Source of the DNA: Methanobacteriota archaeon
GTDB lineage: Archaea; Thermoplasmatota; Poseidoniia; Poseidoniales; Thalassarchaeaceae
NCBI GenBank assembly: GCA_018650285.1
Contig: JABIGF010000001.1
Span: 34,072-98,071, forward strand
Reading direction: 5' to 3'
DNA: 64,000 nucleotides
Positions 1 to 10,600 of the stretch are shown piece after piece. Each line of letters starts with the position of its first letter. Position 1 is the stretch's first letter. The notes under the pieces are model-generated. The model did no database searches and was not told the DNA's origin. It saw only the letters and a list, made by a program, of their open reading frames with translations. Both the position numbers and the translations under genes were made by a program.

Positions 1-1353
1 CTTCGCCGAGAGCACCCCCCCGGGCGAAATTTGTTTCAAGGCGCTGACCTATTTTTGCGTTGGAATGGATGGATGAATCGTTTGGCAGGTGGCGGCCCTT
101 TGCCCTATGAAGATAGAGATGAACTAGAACATGTATTGAGGGAACTTGGAGATGGGAGGTATGGTTCTGCTGAGTTTGATTGGGGCACATTAGGGTCGCA
201 TAATCAACCATGGGTTGAGCGTTGGCGCCAAGAATTGAATGAAGGGCAACTGCTTGCCAGCATGCATGATTGGGCCGGTGTTTCTTTGCGAAGTTACCAA
301 GGTCGATTACAGTTGAGAACAATTAAAGAAGGTAAATGGATTTGGTCGCCTTTACCTACATGGCCACGTCTTTGGGCATTACTAGTGAGTTGGGCTATGT
401 CTCCTCCCGCGTCAAAAGAACATGAAAGATTACGTGCAGTGCAATGGTGTTGGCATTCAAATTCTGGGGAATTAATTCCTTCAGAGCCGGAGCGCCGTGC
501 ACTAAATTTATTGAAGGAGATTTGCGAATCAGATGAGAAAATTCAAATCTCATCTGATAATTCTCTAGAGTCCCTAATTATTGTTGAAGGCACATCTGGT
601 TTATTCTATGGCGTTGGCCCGGGCCCTGGTGCCCATAATGCGCGATTTACAGTAACTGGGGCTGAACGCATAGAAGACTTCAACTCAAGAAATGCGAAAG
701 CATTGTGCATTCATGAATCAGGCCAGTTCAATCGTCTTCCAATTGGGGATGTGATATCTAGTGTTATTTTGACTTTAATAGATGATATAACGTCTGCAAA
801 GGAGTTAGAGCCACTTGCTTATTTCATTGCTCAACAAGGAATGAGAGGTCAACATGGAGTTATGGCTGAAGGGGATCCTGATTGGTTACGTCTAGAAAGA
901 CAGCGATTCATGGTGGGTCGAGGGCGTGGTCGAGGCCGCTGGCTAAATTTATTTCCAGCAATATTCAGGGTTATGGTAAATGCGCCAATTGATACCGTTT
1001 TGAGAATACCACAACATGCCCCCAATGAGGTGGTCGTTGAGGATACTTTAGTTGCTTGGATGGCTCAAGATAGAGATGAACTAGAGTTGGTTCGTAGCTT
1101 GGCTCGTTTGACAGGATTCCGCGTGGCAGATGAACAAGATGTCCAAGGATTTGAGTTATTTGAAAGAGTTCTAGTTCCCGTGGAGGGGGTTAGACGAGAA
1201 TTAGTAGAATTATTGGGACCATATGAGCGGCGTCATGGCAGGCCAGGAGAGCCACCTTGGTGGAACCTATTTCCAAATCCAGTCCAACCAATTAATATTG
1301 GGCAAAGGTTACCAAATCATCTTAATATGCCACTTGAGCGTTATTATCATTGA
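1..1353 (+). CDS. Hypothetical protein, 5'-partial; central region resembles the C-terminal domain of DUF4132-type proteins
   Basis: Frame is open from base 1. Segment IIVEGTSGLFY...LCIHES...LPIGD...LTLIDD. Confidence 0.6.
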   Translation, partial: LRREHPPGRNLFQGADLFLRWNGWMNRLAGGGPLPYEDRDELEHVLRELGDGRYGSAEFDWGTLGSHNQPWVERWRQELNEGQLLASMHDWAGVSLRSYQGRLQLRTIKEGKWIWSPLPTWPRLWALLVSWAMSPPASKEHERLRAVQWCWHSNSGELIPSEPERRALNLLKEICESDEKIQISSDNSLESLIIVEGTSGLFYGVGPGPGAHNARFTVTGAERIEDFNSRNAKALCIHESGQFNRLPIGDVISSVILTLIDDITSAKELEPLAYFIAQQGMRGQHGVMAEGDPDWLRLERQRFMVGRGRGRGRWLNLFPAIFRVMVNAPIDTVLRIPQHAPNEVVVEDTLVAWMAQDRDELELVRSLARLTGFRVADEQDVQGFELFERVLVPVEGVRRELVELLGPYERRHGRPGEPPWWNLFPNPVQPINIGQRLPNHLNMPLERYYH

Positions 1354-1432
1354 TTTCAGATTGATGATAATAGATTGTATAGCCAAGCATTCAATCGTTG
1401 GATTAACAGCAAATCACTTGTTCGGGTAGGAT

Positions 1433-2380
1433 ATGCCTAACTGGAAAGCGAAGTTGATAGTCTGCTTGTTTGCCGTGATTTTCGTTTTGCCTACTGTGGT
1501 AGCGGCACCTACTGCCGTTCCTAGTTGGACTGCCGCAAATCACGAACAAGGGATTTTTGGCGGCATCTCTTTGAATGTTTCACATAATGCAACTTCTGTA
1601 GAAATTACAATGGGTGAGTTACCATCTATTGCTGAAGTTTACACTGCTACGTGGTGTGAGAATTGTGTTCCTGCCGAAGAAGGATTGATGGCCGCGATAG
1701 ATGAATCGGGTGTAGATACAACTGTATTGACATTTCACCGTGCTATTGCGGAAGTAGAAGACCCATTCGGCGTTGAAGATGCTGATTACCGGTGGGAGGA
1801 TAGGTATGGTGATGCATCAGCCGCAGTGGTTGGAATCAAGCGAGCCCCACCTACGATGATAATCAATGGTGAATGGTTACACGCTGGAAGTGGCGGCCTT
1901 GAAGGTGAAGGGTTGAAACCATATTATGCCGAATCTTTAGCCAAAGAGCCGATGTTCTCTGCACAAGAAGGCACATCTTTTCTTTCTTGGGAAAGCAATG
2001 ATGGCGCGAATGGTACAATAGAATGGGCATTAAATGCTAGTACCTGGTTACCTAGTTCTACTACCTCTATTTTGTATGTGGTTGAAGGTGCAGCTACTTT
2101 TGAAGAGGGATCAAACCATTTGGGTGTGTACCACGATGTAGTTAGGGCAATGGTGGAGTTGGATGGTAACTCTGGCTCTATGCAATACACTTTGCCTGCC
2201 GCTTGGGACGGGGCTGACCTCTCTCTTGTTCTTGTCCATCAATGGGATGTTCAAAGCGAGGTGATGGTCGAGCCTTCTCCGGATGATGGTTTCCTTGGCC
2301 TTCCTGCAGCAGGAATGTTGCTTATCGTCGTGAGTATTGTAGGCGGGGCTTTAGCCGCCAATCCTCAGCGTAAAGAGTAG
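1433..2380 (+). CDS. Secreted, membrane-anchored thioredoxin-fold (Omp28-like) protein
   Basis: Signal peptide; TATWCENC CxxC motif; cis-Pro-like APPTMIING; C-terminal TM helix plus basic tail. Confidence 0.7.
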   Translation: MPNWKAKLIVCLFAVIFVLPTVVAAPTAVPSWTAANHEQGIFGGISLNVSHNATSVEITMGELPSIAEVYTATWCENCVPAEEGLMAAIDESGVDTTVLTFHRAIAEVEDPFGVEDADYRWEDRYGDASAAVVGIKRAPPTMIINGEWLHAGSGGLEGEGLKPYYAESLAKEPMFSAQEGTSFLSWESNDGANGTIEWALNASTWLPSSTTSILYVVEGAATFEEGSNHLGVYHDVVRAMVELDGNSGSMQYTLPAAWDGADLSLVLVHQWDVQSEVMVEPSPDDGFLGLPAAGMLLIVVSIVGGALAANPQRKE

Positions 2381-2390
2381 CCTAGATTAA

Positions 2391-3425
2391 TCAGGCTACG
2401 CCAGTTTCATTATCGAAATCGGTTACAATCTTCTTTTTGGTTGTGCTAGATTGTTTGTTTTTCAATCGGGCATTGACTCCACCTATGGATAGAAGAAAAA
2501 TTTCTTCAGCAATTGATTTCTTTGTCATTTTGACCTTTTTGAACTTTTCAAGGCCGCAGATAGTAATCATTGCAAGTAACATGCGGGGGTTTTCTTGAGC
2601 CATTGGTCCACAGTCTTGTTCATCACCCTCAAGTAACTTTAGTCGGTCAGAAACCCACTGGAGTAATTCATCTGCGCCAACGACATCATTCTTTCTAACG
2701 AACTCTCGTAGTCTTTGTTCAAAGGCATAAAGTTCGTTTTTTCTGGCTTCTTTCATACCAGAGCGGGGGTCGATTGGTGATTTCTGTGCTCGGTATAGTA
2801 AATATAGACGTCTTTTGATAAGGCCAACGGCTCTGTTAATGTCGTTCGGTTCAATGCCGAATCTTTTTGCATCTTGTTGCCAGAATTGGAATGGAATTTT
2901 GCCCATGTCAGACAGAACTCTGAGTGTGGCTAATGCGCACACTCTGATGATGTAGGTTGCATCTTTTTCTTCACCTAGAATGTATCTCATTTGATTGAGA
3001 GGCAGCATCCCATGGCCATCATTTTCACCATTCTTTGTATAACAGTGCTCAAGAATCTTGATTGCTCTTTCTCCTACCGATGATGAACCCGTGATATTTT
3101 TAATTTCACGCAATATCTCATTGCCGCGGATATTGCGTTTTGCATTGTTTCTTTGTTCAGTTCGGAGAAGGTTTCTCTTACCCATCTTGTAAGCTTCTTT
3201 TGCATCAATATAGGTGCGTCTGGTATCTTTGACACCGACAGAGTCATTTCGTGTAGCACTCATATGTGCCTCTTCTCCCACCTGGCCGCTAGGGTGTTCA
3301 GTATCCAACATCTTTTCTTCCAAGACAATACCACATTCGTTACAAACGATTTCACCAAGACTTTCATCATGTTCAACATCGTTGCTGTTACATTCATTAC
3401 ATTTACCACTTTTTTTATTGTTCAT
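2391..3425 (-). CDS. Divergent TFB/TFIIB-like protein (zinc ribbon plus helical core)
   Basis: CNECNSNDVEHDESLGEIVCNECGIVLEE is a TFIIB zinc ribbon; TFB-like length; the rest is poorly conserved. Confidence 0.65.
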   Translation of the reverse strand: MNNKKSGKCNECNSNDVEHDESLGEIVCNECGIVLEEKMLDTEHPSGQVGEEAHMSATRNDSVGVKDTRRTYIDAKEAYKMGKRNLLRTEQRNNAKRNIRGNEILREIKNITGSSSVGERAIKILEHCYTKNGENDGHGMLPLNQMRYILGEEKDATYIIRVCALATLRVLSDMGKIPFQFWQQDAKRFGIEPNDINRAVGLIKRRLYLLYRAQKSPIDPRSGMKEARKNELYAFEQRLREFVRKNDVVGADELLQWVSDRLKLLEGDEQDCGPMAQENPRMLLAMITICGLEKFKKVKMTKKSIAEEIFLLSIGGVNARLKNKQSSTTKKKIVTDFDNETGVA

Positions 3426-3915
3426 TTTATCGCTTCCTTTTGGTTAGTGACTACCGACTTTGAAAGTTCTTGTTCATTTGATTATCCGTTATGCCAATAA
3501 ACACCATTTTCGTTTTTGCATAGTTTTTATCGCTGTTCATATGACGGATAAACGTTGAATTACACTCTCCAAGCCGATTTCCACAGTCCGGACTCTGTGT
3601 GTGTCTACACCTTTATGAACCCTTGCACAAATGAACATGAATGCTTCTTGATTACAATTTCATTGAATCGCCGTTTTTTGTTTGATTGGTAATGCGGCGC
3701 ATTAATTGCCACCTCACCATTGTAGTCTGTGCCAAAGCCCTCTTACAATTCATGGTCCATAAAGTGTTTGTTTTGCCTCAATGCTAGTATCTATTCTTGG
3801 GGTTCATAAGGGAGGAGAGTAACGACCGTCAAGGAGTCAGGCGGGGATATCGGTTAATCCTTGAATAAGTGTCGTTTTCCAATATGTAAGGTAGAGGTGA
3901 AGATGAGTGGATAAT

Positions 3916-6900
3916 ATGGTAAAGCAACCTTCTTTGACGATGGAGGAAATCCCACCAGGTTACAGTCCTGGATGGTTGCTGAGCCATTTTTTGCATCAAT
4001 CACAAGATCCAAGGTCATTGAATCAGGGTGGTCCATCACAACTTTTGATAATTCATTCAACTGAGGCTTCTAGGAGGGCTACACTAAATCAATTGGCAGG
4101 AGATGCTGATATCGATGGGCCGGTTGATAGAACGAGCCACCATACATTGGATAGTTTAGTAGCATCTCTTCATGCAGAGTTAAGACAACCTCGATTGCTG
4201 CCTGCTAGTGGCCCATTTTCTATTCTACTACACGCGGAATGTAAGAAGGCGGCTCAACGATTAGAGTTCCCATTAATGCATAGTTTACCAGACCACTACT
4301 GGGGGAAAGGCAAAACTCGCGATTTAACTAATTTAAGTAAATCATTGAGAGAAGAGGATGTTGATACCGATTTTTCACCAGATTTGCAATCTTTTCACCG
4401 AATTATCAAAGGAGTGAGTAACCAATTAAATGGCATTCATCCTGATGAACAAATGAAATCATTGGTTAGCATACTTGAGCAGTTGCAATCGGAGGATATT
4501 CCGTTTGGGTTATCTAGCATAGATGGTATTCTCATGCTCGATCATCCACCGACACTTTCGCCACTGCGGCAAAGATTAGTAAATTCATTAGTGAGATTTA
4601 GGCCATTACATATTCTAGCAAATTTTGGAAGTTATCGGCTCGGAGTCCATGGTTTTGTTGCTAATGATATTGCGGCAATTCGTGATGAAGCCTCCCTCCC
4701 CAAATGGATTCCACCACATTCACCTTTTACAGTTGAACAACTAAACAGTTACCAAGAATCGGTAAAGCAACCAATTCGCATGTTAGTTCCTAGAATTGAA
4801 AGGTCAATCGAATCCACCCATGCTCTAATTGACGCGGCATTAGGTTTTGATTCCCCACCAAATTCAATTATGATTATTGACCCATCTGTTGATTCAAATT
4901 ATGAATTATGGTCTTCAATGTTGGATTCTTTTGGGTTTCATTTACCAACACTTTCTGCACCGCTCAAAGAAAGTCCCGGGGTTCATTGGCTCAGCGCGAT
5001 AGTTTCCCTTTCTCATTTTGAAGATGCTTGGTCCCTCCCTCAATTACGAGCGATAGCAATTCAAGGTACACTTCAATTCAACTCTGATTGGTTAATTGGT
5101 GAGCAACACCCAACGCTTGCAGATTTGCGACCAATACCTGATGTTGATGTTCTTGAGGAGGTTTCAAGAGGATTCCATTTACTAGGTGGTCAAGGCGCTC
5201 TATTTCGCTGGTTACATTCATTGGCAAGAAAGCCGATAGCAAATGCATATCAGGATGAAGAAGACCTTTGCCGCCGCCATGAAGCAACTCAATGGTGGCT
5301 TCTCAGTTTAGCGAATAGGCTCAAGCCATTGTTGTCTACAATGGATGCTAGTGTGCTAGAAGATAACATGGTAGCAATTGGATGCTATACAGGGGAGCAA
5401 TTGCCATTACCGCCTGCGGCAAATACAGGTGATGAATGGTTATATCAGTTTGGTGAAATGCTTCAATGGCATTTGTTGACAGCTAAACTTGATGGGCAAA
5501 TGAACCAAACGATTGGTGGCTTGCAACAATTATTCGAATCTCACTTATCATTGCGAACATCACAGCGTCTATTATCTCAGAAGTCGCCCATAAGAGGTAT
5601 GGATTGGGTTGATGAAATTCTCACATTAATTGATTCAACAACTCTAGAAGGAACTAAGATCGCAGATTCTAAATTAAGGCTATTAACTCCAACTGATGCG
5701 TTGGGTTGTCATGCCGATTTAGTGATAATTACAAATTTAGATTCAGAATCTTGGAACACATCTCCAGCATCTATCCCTGGGTTATCTGAGGCTGTTAGAA
5801 CAGAGATAGCAGTATTATCTCCCGATGATAATTTACGTACAGCCCGACACTCTTGGATGCATCTTCTGAATAGTGGTAAAGAGGTGATAATTTTAGATGC
5901 TGATGAAGATGAGTCATCCCAACCTTCAACTCCTCTATCTGAATGGCTAGCATCTGCAATATGGGACCCAATGTCTTCTCCAATAATTCCTAGTTTCATC
6001 AGCCCAGATGAGGTTTTTCGTATAGATGGCGACCATAAATCAAGGTGGGGTTTGTCTTTTCTAAAAAGAGGTAATTTTCCTGTAGCTAGGCCATCAGATG
6101 TAGTCATTGACAATGGTAGTTTTGAGTTGATAGTGACAGGCAGCCATCAACGTGACCAAAGACAGCGTGCTGGAATAGATATGCAACAAGCTAGAAACCC
6201 AATGCAGGGTGCTCTCAATCCAGCAGCCGTTACAATAGCCCTTGATTCATCCCTTATGGAAGATAGGCTCTCTAGACAGCCTAGAATTGGAAGTGAAGAA
6301 ACACCTTATTTGCCAAATTCACTTCACGGAGAAGTTTTGTCTGTTGATGATTTGAAAATCACTCCTGGTTCTACCATGGGTAAAGGAATTTTACCTCGAA
6401 ATTATCCCGCTTGGCCAACAATTGGACTCAAAGTAGGTTCTAGTAAAACTATGACGATAGATCCAAGGCCATTAGTTCCAAACGCAACAGCAATCAAAGA
6501 TTATGACCGTAGGCATGGGTTTGAAGATGGGCCGTCTTCGAAAACAAATATTTGGTCCCCTAGTCGCCTTACACAGTGGCTCTCTTGCCCGCGTAAGGGT
6601 TGGTTACAAAATCGGTTAAGGGCCGAAAGTGAAGATGATGAAGACGATGACGTTGATGTAAGGACTAGAGGTCTTCTCATCCATGAAGTATGGGCGGATT
6701 TCATCTGTGAATTTCTTGAAATGGAGGTTGGTAAAGAGAGAGAAAACCTCGTACCAGCATCATTGGCAACTGCAAATATTGATGAACACATATTACGTCA
6801 AAGATTGCTACAAATTATTGATGAAAAAGCACCTTGGTTACGCCGTTCAGATGCAATTGCAACCGTTAGAAGGTTGGATTTAGTTGGATTAAATTGTGAG

Positions 6901-7698
6901 ATTTATGAAGCAGCTTTGGATGAAGGTGGTGAAATTACAACAGCGGGAAGATTTGGCCGATTACTTGAATCAGAATTGAAACCCAACGCAGGTGCGTTAT
7001 TGGCTGTGGAATGGCCATTAACATCAAAGGAGAGTAAGGGTGTTTTAGTTTCGTTACCTGAAACTGGTGAAGATGTGCTTAAAGGAATCAAATTACGGGG
7101 CACAATTGACCGCGTTGAATTAGTCCCTGTTTTAGATTCATGCTATGTCAACAAAGAAGGCCTTGACGAAGAGTGCCCACTTGACCTAGACTTAGGAGAA
7201 GAATGGCCGGCGCAAAGATTAGTCATTATTCGTGACCTTAAGTCATTAGAGGGGCCAGTTCGCAAAAAGGCTGGCGAGAGGCACAAAAGAGAATTGTTTG
7301 CAGGAGTGCAATTAGCGCTCTACGCCCGTGCTTGGGAAGTAACTCACAAAGGTGATCGCGTGATAGGGGTTGGCATCTCTGAGGTTGGTGAGGAAAGCGG
7401 CCATTACATAGAAGCAGACCCGGAATATTTCGCCCATCTTACTTCATTGAATATCGGGAAAGTTGAATGTAACACTGCTCCACTATTCCGTCGCCCTGGT
7501 GAAGATGGAGAATCACCTCAAAGTAACCCATTCAGGGCATGGATGCGTCATCGTTTGACAGCAGCTTTGCAAATTGGAGAAATGTCTGATAATGGTAATG
7601 TGATTCCAACCCCTAGTGGTATTTCTTGCACCTATTGTTCCGTAAAACAAGCTTGTAATTTAGCACCAACTGTTGGAGGTGATAAAAAATGGACTTGA
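3916..7698 (+). CDS. addB: AddB-like subunit: inactive helicase region plus PD-(D/E)XK nuclease with Fe-S staple
   Basis: SPSRLTQWLSCP, RGTIDRVE, IRDLKS, QLALYA, CTYCSVKQAC; no Walker A; overlaps the downstream UvrD-family gene. Confidence 0.8.
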   Translation: MVKQPSLTMEEIPPGYSPGWLLSHFLHQSQDPRSLNQGGPSQLLIIHSTEASRRATLNQLAGDADIDGPVDRTSHHTLDSLVASLHAELRQPRLLPASGPFSILLHAECKKAAQRLEFPLMHSLPDHYWGKGKTRDLTNLSKSLREEDVDTDFSPDLQSFHRIIKGVSNQLNGIHPDEQMKSLVSILEQLQSEDIPFGLSSIDGILMLDHPPTLSPLRQRLVNSLVRFRPLHILANFGSYRLGVHGFVANDIAAIRDEASLPKWIPPHSPFTVEQLNSYQESVKQPIRMLVPRIERSIESTHALIDAALGFDSPPNSIMIIDPSVDSNYELWSSMLDSFGFHLPTLSAPLKESPGVHWLSAIVSLSHFEDAWSLPQLRAIAIQGTLQFNSDWLIGEQHPTLADLRPIPDVDVLEEVSRGFHLLGGQGALFRWLHSLARKPIANAYQDEEDLCRRHEATQWWLLSLANRLKPLLSTMDASVLEDNMVAIGCYTGEQLPLPPAANTGDEWLYQFGEMLQWHLLTAKLDGQMNQTIGGLQQLFESHLSLRTSQRLLSQKSPIRGMDWVDEILTLIDSTTLEGTKIADSKLRLLTPTDALGCHADLVIITNLDSESWNTSPASIPGLSEAVRTEIAVLSPDDNLRTARHSWMHLLNSGKEVIILDADEDESSQPSTPLSEWLASAIWDPMSSPIIPSFISPDEVFRIDGDHKSRWGLSFLKRGNFPVARPSDVVIDNGSFELIVTGSHQRDQRQRAGIDMQQARNPMQGALNPAAVTIALDSSLMEDRLSRQPRIGSEETPYLPNSLHGEVLSVDDLKITPGSTMGKGILPRNYPAWPTIGLKVGSSKTMTIDPRPLVPNATAIKDYDRRHGFEDGPSSKTNIWSPSRLTQWLSCPRKGWLQNRLRAESEDDEDDDVDVRTRGLLIHEVWADFICEFLEMEVGKERENLVPASLATANIDEHILRQRLLQIIDEKAPWLRRSDAIATVRRLDLVGLNCEIYEAALDEGGEITTAGRFGRLLESELKPNAGALLAVEWPLTSKESKGVLVSLPETGEDVLKGIKLRGTIDRVELVPVLDSCYVNKEGLDEECPLDLDLGEEWPAQRLVIIRDLKSLEGPVRKKAGERHKRELFAGVQLALYARAWEVTHKGDRVIGVGISEVGEESGHYIEADPEYFAHLTSLNIGKVECNTAPLFRRPGEDGESPQSNPFRAWMRHRLTAALQIGEMSDNGNVIPTPSGISCTYCSVKQACNLAPTVGGDKKWT

Positions 7699-10600
7699 AT
7701 AGAGGGCAGACCTTAGGTCTGAATTTAGATATGCACATTGTTCTTGATGCAGGCGCAGGAACAGGAAAGACTGCATGTATTGTTCAAAGAGTGCTCGAAC
7801 ATTATCTTTCAGAGGATCAACGGGCAACGAGATTGTTACCACCGGGTCCAAGAGAGGTTGATTTTGGAGGAGGTTTCCTACAAACTCCAGCAAAGGATAG
7901 AGAAAATCTTCGTCAATGGCGTGGATTATTACCAACTGAAGTTGTTGTTCTAACATTTACTGTCAAGGCTGCTGATGAAATGCGAGACCGGATGCGTAGT
8001 GAACTTGCCCGTTTGAGAGCAGGCCCGCGTGGCGTTAGGAATGGGCTACGTTATGACCCTAGAATTCGTAATGAAGGTTTGATTGAACAGTTGACAATGT
8101 TGCTTGATGAAGCACCTATTGGCACCATTGATTCATTTTTGAATCGGTTGGTGTCATCATACCGAAGTTTGCTTGGCGACCGCCCAACACATGAACAGAT
8201 GTCTGATGCTCAAAGGGCACTCCTGATGGAACGTGCATTGAGTTCGTTATGGCGAATACGTAGTGAAAAACACGCTGGCGATTTGCGAATTATGTCAGTT
8301 TCTCCGGCAGATTTCCTTGCTGCAAGAAATCGGCTTTCACATCAATTAGGGGGGCGTTCTAGAACTCAAAAAATAGTTTCCCAACTTCTTCATAATTCAA
8401 TATTTGTTGATACCGTTAGACGTTCTTTAGAATCTCATTCAGGCCGAGTTGATGCAGAAGCCATTAGAGCAAGTTTTCTCTCACATTTGAGAGCAGATGA
8501 AATTCATGATTTTGCTTTGGAGTTATTTTCAATTTGTGATGATTGGCTCAATGCTGCAAAACAGCGTTCTGAGGAACTTGGTTTGCCTGCAGCGTTACTA
8601 AGTGATACACGTGTAAATGCCTTGGATACACTTGTTGATAATGGAATACCTGATGATTTGTGGGACAAGTTATTGTGGGTATATCATGCAACTTTAGCAA
8701 TATGTAGTAAATCATCAATTGAAAATATTGTTCCCTCTTCTTTCCCACGGGGTCTATTGCCAAATACCGATGGTTGGGCTTCAGGGGTGCAAAAACTCAG
8801 TTCAATCAAAGACAAGGATGTACGGGCTGCAGTAAAAGAGGCGATGGAAGATAGTCAAAATCGTTCAAAGATACTTTTTGGCACTATAAGGGGCATGAGA
8901 ATTAGGTCATGTGCAATGATTTCTAATCTTCTTGACCCACGATTAGGGCCACCATGCTGCCCTACTGATTCGGCAGTACATGTAGTTCGTTTATCTGACC
9001 CATTCCCATCATATATTGATGATGAACCAGTTTCTCTTGAAGCTGAGACAGATGCACGAATTATTGCTGATTTACTTATTGTTCACAAGGCCGCTGAAGA
9101 TGTACTAACTGAATTGAGATTGCAAGAGGGACTTCATGATCATTCAGACGTAACTCAGGCTGCTGAAGATTTGTTGCTTGCGCGGTGCCCTCGAATTTGT
9201 ACTCGTTGGTATCCGCCTGACATCACAGCAGCATTGAATGCAATTGATGATGAACAACCTTGGAGAGATGAACATATTCACGCGGCAATTTCATTGTGTG
9301 GAAACCCAGATGATGGTGAAATTGCTAGACACCATGTTGACTACCCAATGAAATTAGTCAAAGAGGACTTAGAGAGAAGGTATGTGATTTTGAAAACGCT
9401 CAGAAGAAGATTTAGGGCTTTCATTATTGATGAGGCACAAGATAATTCCAATCAACAATGGCGTTTACTCTCTCGTTTGTGGGGTGAGAGAGAAGAGAAA
9501 GAAGGTGACCCCGAGCCACCAAACTCTCCGTGGCAACCGACTGTATGTTGGGTCGGTGACCAAAAACAGAGTATCTATGGGTTTAGACAAGCACAAGTCA
9601 GTGGAATGGCAAGATATACTGTTCATTTGCGGGCTATTAACGAACATGAATATGCAAGTGAACCTCGTCTATTACTGAAGCCTGCATTGCGGCGCCGAGA
9701 TGCAGCACGTGACCCACGATTGTTGGAAATAAAGAACTTCATTACTGGATTAGATTATGTGAATCATCGACCAATTCCAGAAGAGGCTTGGGTAGAATTT
9801 GACCGAGGAGATGATGATAGAAGATTGGACCAATCAGATGTGATTAGGCGCACTCAGGGGCATGTCGATTTGGTGACAAATTATCGTACTTGTAATGATT
9901 TATTGCAAACTATGAACGAGTGGTGGGTTGACCTTTTTGACCCACGCCACCACCTATTCCCTGGCGATTGGTACGCTTATGCAAAGGGCCTTAGAGCACA
10001 TCGAATAGAAGAATCAGGCCAATTAGAATGGTTGTTACCTATCGCAACTGGTGAAACGAGTAATCCGCCATCAGATTTGACTATTCCACTTGATCCGTTC
10101 TCTCTTGGTTCAGCAGCAAAGCAAGTTCATCTTGAACACGAGTTAGTAGCCACTAGAATTCGTTCATTAATTGATGGTGTCCCAGCATCGGTTCTTTCCA
10201 GTGAATTGGAATCAACTATCGTCCCTTCGTCTGATAACATTGAACCTCGTGATATCATGATATTGATGCCATCAAGAACTCATATGCAAGATTTGATTCG
10301 TCGTCTTGATGACCTTGGTATTCCGGCATTAGCCGACCAAGAAGGCGGTCTTCTTGAGCAACCTATTGTAATGGCACTTTCTGCATTATTACAACTAACA
10401 GCAAGACGTTTTGATGTTAGCCGCGCAGCTACTTTGACAAGAACTCCATTAGTTGGATTCAATGATATTGAATTGGAGAAATATATTGCAGATAAAGACG
10501 GCCCCCAAGATTTGTTAGAAAGGTTACAAGACCATGCAATAAGTAAGCCACAGAGAGAATTATTTTGCCGTTGGAAGCAACTTGCAGACTGCAATAGAAT

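Noticed and set aside
3451-3540. 29-codon minus-strand uORF ahead of the TFB-like gene
   Set aside because: Short, with no SD or recognisable motif; compatible with chance.
6500-7698. Cas4 / CRISPR adaptation gene
   Set aside because: The Cas4-like nuclease is the C-terminal domain of an AddB-like protein paired with a UvrD helicase.
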